Shown one piece after another: positions 61,575 through 64,000 of a stretch of DNA of 64,000 nt. A model generated the notes under the pieces. That model was not told the DNA's origin. It saw only the letters and a list, made by a program, of their open reading frames with translations, and did not search any database. Origin of the DNA: Andalucia godoyi And28. Taxonomy: Eukaryota > Protista > Jakobida. A program made the position numbers and the translations under genes. Within the stretch, counting starts at the first letter, position 1, and each line of letters begins with the position of its first letter. The stretch lies in NCBI GenBank assembly GCA_009859145.1, contig VRVR01000013.1:86786-150785 (forward strand). The letters run 5' to 3'.

Positions 61575-61834
61575 ATGACGCGTTCGCCTGCGCCTACGCC
61601 GCTCGATGCAGGGCCTCCTAGGTCCCGCAGACCTCCTAAGAGACCACGTGTCACTACGCCTGCTGCTTGGGCCGTCAGAATCAAAATGCACCCTTCTCAG
61701 GAGGAACGTGCCACGCTGAGAAAGTGGCTCACAGATTGATCGAGACTGGGAACGGAGCGCGGAACATTTATCTGAAGACCGCCGTGAGGCGTGTTGGGGC
61801 CTGTCCCCTCCCTGGCAACGGGATGCAGGATTGA
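61575..61834 (+). pseudogene. Internally deleted, frameshifted Fanzor/TnpB ORF
   Basis: Frame 1: MTRSPAP...PKRPRV...AVRIKMHPSQEERATLRKW. Frame 2 (61726-61749): GSQIDRDW. One extra G at 61750. Frame 3 (61751-61834): NGARNIYLKTAVRRVGACPLPGNGMQD-stop. Confidence 0.8.
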
Positions 61835-61868
61835 ATATGCATGTCCATTCGTAGATATGCATGTTCAG
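61772..61868 (+). ncRNA. Candidate Fanzor omegaRNA scaffold (5' boundary approximate)
   Basis: CGCC-GTGA-GGCG hairpin; CCTGT..TCCC-T-G-GCAA-C-GGGA..GCAGG hairpin; 15-bp stem 61831-61845/61854-61868 capped by A-TTCG-T. It overlaps the ORF 3' end, as omegaRNAs do. Confidence 0.7.
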
Positions 61869-62326
61869 TGCATAATGCAGGCGTGCTGCTTTGTGCGATA
61901 AAATAAATAGTAGTTTATTTGATGTTTTTTAAGAGCACTCTTTATTGCAAAACCACCACATCGGTGTGCGCCATCTGACGAGCCCATCGAGAAACAGTCC
62001 ACGGATTTCGAGCCAATCGACGCGTACTGCACGACGAACAAAATGTTGCGGCTGTGGAAATGACCTTGTATTACCTTTATTTCGGTTTTGTCAGCATCCA
62101 AAGAGGGTGCGCATGAGGATGCTTGCGAATCCAGCGACACGCCGTTCCTGTGTCACCAGATATTCCTAATGCAAGCGAGTTGGAGTCTTGAACAGCGCGT
62201 CCGTGGAAGGTGAGTATGCGAGGACTATATGTCAGGTTCTGCCGGACATTTCACGACCGTTCCCCGGATTCTATGCATGGATTGAAATGGGTGTGCTCTA
62301 AAGGAATGAACAGCACAGAGAGACAG

Positions 62327-62359
62327 AGAGACAGAGAGACAGAGAGAGAGAGAGAGAGA

Positions 62360-62400
<41 letters not shown>
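62327..62400. repeat. Compound (AG)n/(AC)n microsatellite upstream of ATG 62416
   Basis: Direct reading. Confidence 0.95.
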
Positions 62401-62402
<2 letters not shown>

Positions 62403-62415
62403 GGACGGGTAACAC

Positions 62416-63543
62416 ATGGTCCAAAGAAGTGGATTACTGTTTTTCCACGGTGCATTCGTTGGAGAGCGAGCCGAAGTTCCGAGCGATAATGCGTTCGCGA
62501 TTCCTCTTACGAACGCAGTCAAACTAGTTCCTGAAAAGGTCACTGTCTCTGTCACTTATACAGATGATGCTGTTCATAGCTGCATTCGGACGGTGTTTCG
62601 CATTCCCACGGCTCCTGCAGTCCTTTCCGATGCAAAATCGCTGCTGTTTGTGTTTGACGGCTCCCTAATTCCAAAGTATGAGGCAATGTCGTTCTGCGGC
62701 GAAATTGAAAACCCGACACATCTGACGAAGAAGGAGAAGGAGAAGGAGAAGGAGAATAACAATGGCCGTGATGATGAGGCTGCTGATCGGGTTGGTGATG
62801 CTCACGTAAGAAGGCATGTGAAATGGTTTGGCCTTCGTGGAGAATGGATCGACAGAAGAGAGTGGACCGATTCGCCATATGCAGAAATTATGTTTCCGGA
62901 CGTTTTAGAAGCTTTGCGCGAGGAAAGGCCATTGGTGAAGACTGACGCGCCGCAGAACGACGCTTTGAATGCGCTGAGCAATGCAGTGTATGTGGGATGT
63001 GTACCAATGTCTGCAGCGGTTCGAGACCAGTTGCTGCAAAGCGACGGGAACTTTGCGTTCATTGTAAAGTACAGGAGCAAGCCAAGGAAGCTCAAGCCAA
63101 CTAGTACCTCAGGCTGCAGCTACTTGTCATGGTCGTTTCCTCTCCGGGCCTGTTTGGACATTCCTGCTGAGTTTGTATGTCAAGTCTCCACCGCAAGGGC
63201 AATATCACAAATAGCGTCGTCCACGCATCCAAGCGCTCTCCATCCCCTTGTGACTGGGAACAAGGCGCTTTTTCGCCTGTCGAAGCAAACAATCGCGCAT
63301 TCGACGGGGTTTTTCAAACAAAAGGTTTCAAAGGTTAATATTGCCGTGAACTTTGGTACTCCTCTTAATGCATCGATTGCCGAATGGTTTCCAATGCTGC
63401 TTGCCATTGCGTTTCTTGCGTGTCTCGTGTGGGCGCTGCACACAAGGCTCGTGGAAGGGTCACATCCATCACCACGAAGATCGTTCGCACGCAGCGGCCT
63501 CGACGGGTTCGACGTTGGCGATGATGATTTGCATGAATTGTAA
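62416..63543 (+). CDS. Hypothetical protein with a C-terminal TM helix
   Basis: 375-aa ATG ORF; hydrophobic WFPMLLAIAFLACLVWALH near the C-terminus. No family recognised and the 5' end is uncertain. Confidence 0.75.
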   Translation: MVQRSGLLFFHGAFVGERAEVPSDNAFAIPLTNAVKLVPEKVTVSVTYTDDAVHSCIRTVFRIPTAPAVLSDAKSLLFVFDGSLIPKYEAMSFCGEIENPTHLTKKEKEKEKENNNGRDDEAADRVGDAHVRRHVKWFGLRGEWIDRREWTDSPYAEIMFPDVLEALREERPLVKTDAPQNDALNALSNAVYVGCVPMSAAVRDQLLQSDGNFAFIVKYRSKPRKLKPTSTSGCSYLSWSFPLRACLDIPAEFVCQVSTARAISQIASSTHPSALHPLVTGNKALFRLSKQTIAHSTGFFKQKVSKVNIAVNFGTPLNASIAEWFPMLLAIAFLACLVWALHTRLVEGSHPSPRRSFARSGLDGFDVGDDDLHEL

Positions 63544-63748
63544 ATACGTCATCTGCAGAAGAAAAAAGAACTGATGTGTTGCATGAAACTTTTATGCGCA
63601 CAACCAAACCACAAAGGCACTCTGGTCTTTTTTTCTTTCTTTCTTTTTAAAACAGGAAGAAAAAGCAGACCGACAAACAAACAAATCTGGACGCAAAAAC
63701 AAACAAACAAACAAACGCCAACGGGAAAGGAGAGTGCACCATAAATTT

Positions 63749-63755
<7 letters not shown>

Positions 63756-63830
<75 letters not shown>
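63756..63830. repeat. (GA)n microsatellite
   Basis: Direct reading. Confidence 0.98.
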
Positions 63831-63832
<2 letters not shown>

Positions 63833-63840
63833 GCATCTCT

Positions 63841-64000
63841 TTAAAAATTGTACCCAAGAGAGTCCCAGAAATCGCACTGAGACTTGTAGTACTGCTGGGA
63901 AATGTGCGAGCCCTGACCTGCAGTAGTAAATGTGGACTGTAAGAGCGTTTGGGAATCAAACTGGGGCCACTGGAACGGAGTCTTGCTACCCGCATTGGGA
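63841..64000 (-). CDS. C-terminal end of a probable type-B carboxylesterase (gene extends beyond the window; not in the ORF track)
   Basis: Manual translation from 63999 gives PNAGSKTPFQWPQFDSQTLLQSTFTTAGQGSHISQQYYKSQCDFWDSLGYNF-stop. PN..WP.F...C.FWD is the carboxylesterase C-terminal pattern. Confidence 0.6.
   Translation of the reverse strand, partial: PNAGSKTPFQWPQFDSQTLLQSTFTTAGQGSHISQQYYKSQCDFWDSLGYNF

Larger units (their letters stand above)
61550..61868 (+). mobile_element. Miniature non-autonomous TnpB/Fanzor2 (IS607-like) element; left end approximate
   Basis: N-terminal TnpB-type segment fused to the RuvC-III motif IDRDW-NGARNI, followed by a multi-hairpin RNA scaffold ending in TTCAG. 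Confidence 0.75.

Noticed and set aside
1-64000. CRISPR arrays, rRNA genes, prokaryotic operons, or stop-codon reassignment to explain broken frames
   Set aside because: No repeat-spacer arrays or rRNA motifs were seen. The genes are eukaryotic, and TAA, TAG and TGA all terminate well-conserved genes.

Overview
Gene-dense, almost intron-free eukaryotic nuclear DNA with about 30 protein genes, one tRNA-Pro(AGG) and microsatellite-rich spacers. The gene set includes a ciliary dynein-assembly factor (CFAP300), mitochondrial factors (COA3-like, CDK5RAP1), a TSET subunit, TSC2, TAF6, a BRF2-like factor, a Rubicon-homology protein and a Zn2Cys6 factor. This fits a free-living aerobic flagellate protist; a jakobid-like discobid is plausible, but that is an inference. 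The most striking item is at about 61550-61868: a miniature, internally deleted TnpB/Fanzor2-like element. Its N-terminal segment (AVRIKMHPSQEERATLRKW) is fused at a GTGG microhomology to the RuvC-III end (GSQIDRDW-NGARNIYLK). An apparently intact omegaRNA-like scaffold follows, with GUGA, GCAA and UUCG tetraloop hairpins, ending in TTCAG. Other leads: a telomere-repeat (telo-box or telomerase-template-like) element upstream of RPL23A, bacterial-like genes, a Dam1-like protein with a winged helix, a giant coiled coil ending in a MAP65/PRC1-like module, and three apparent one-base frame breaks at homopolymers. All family calls come from recalled motifs; no database searches were run.
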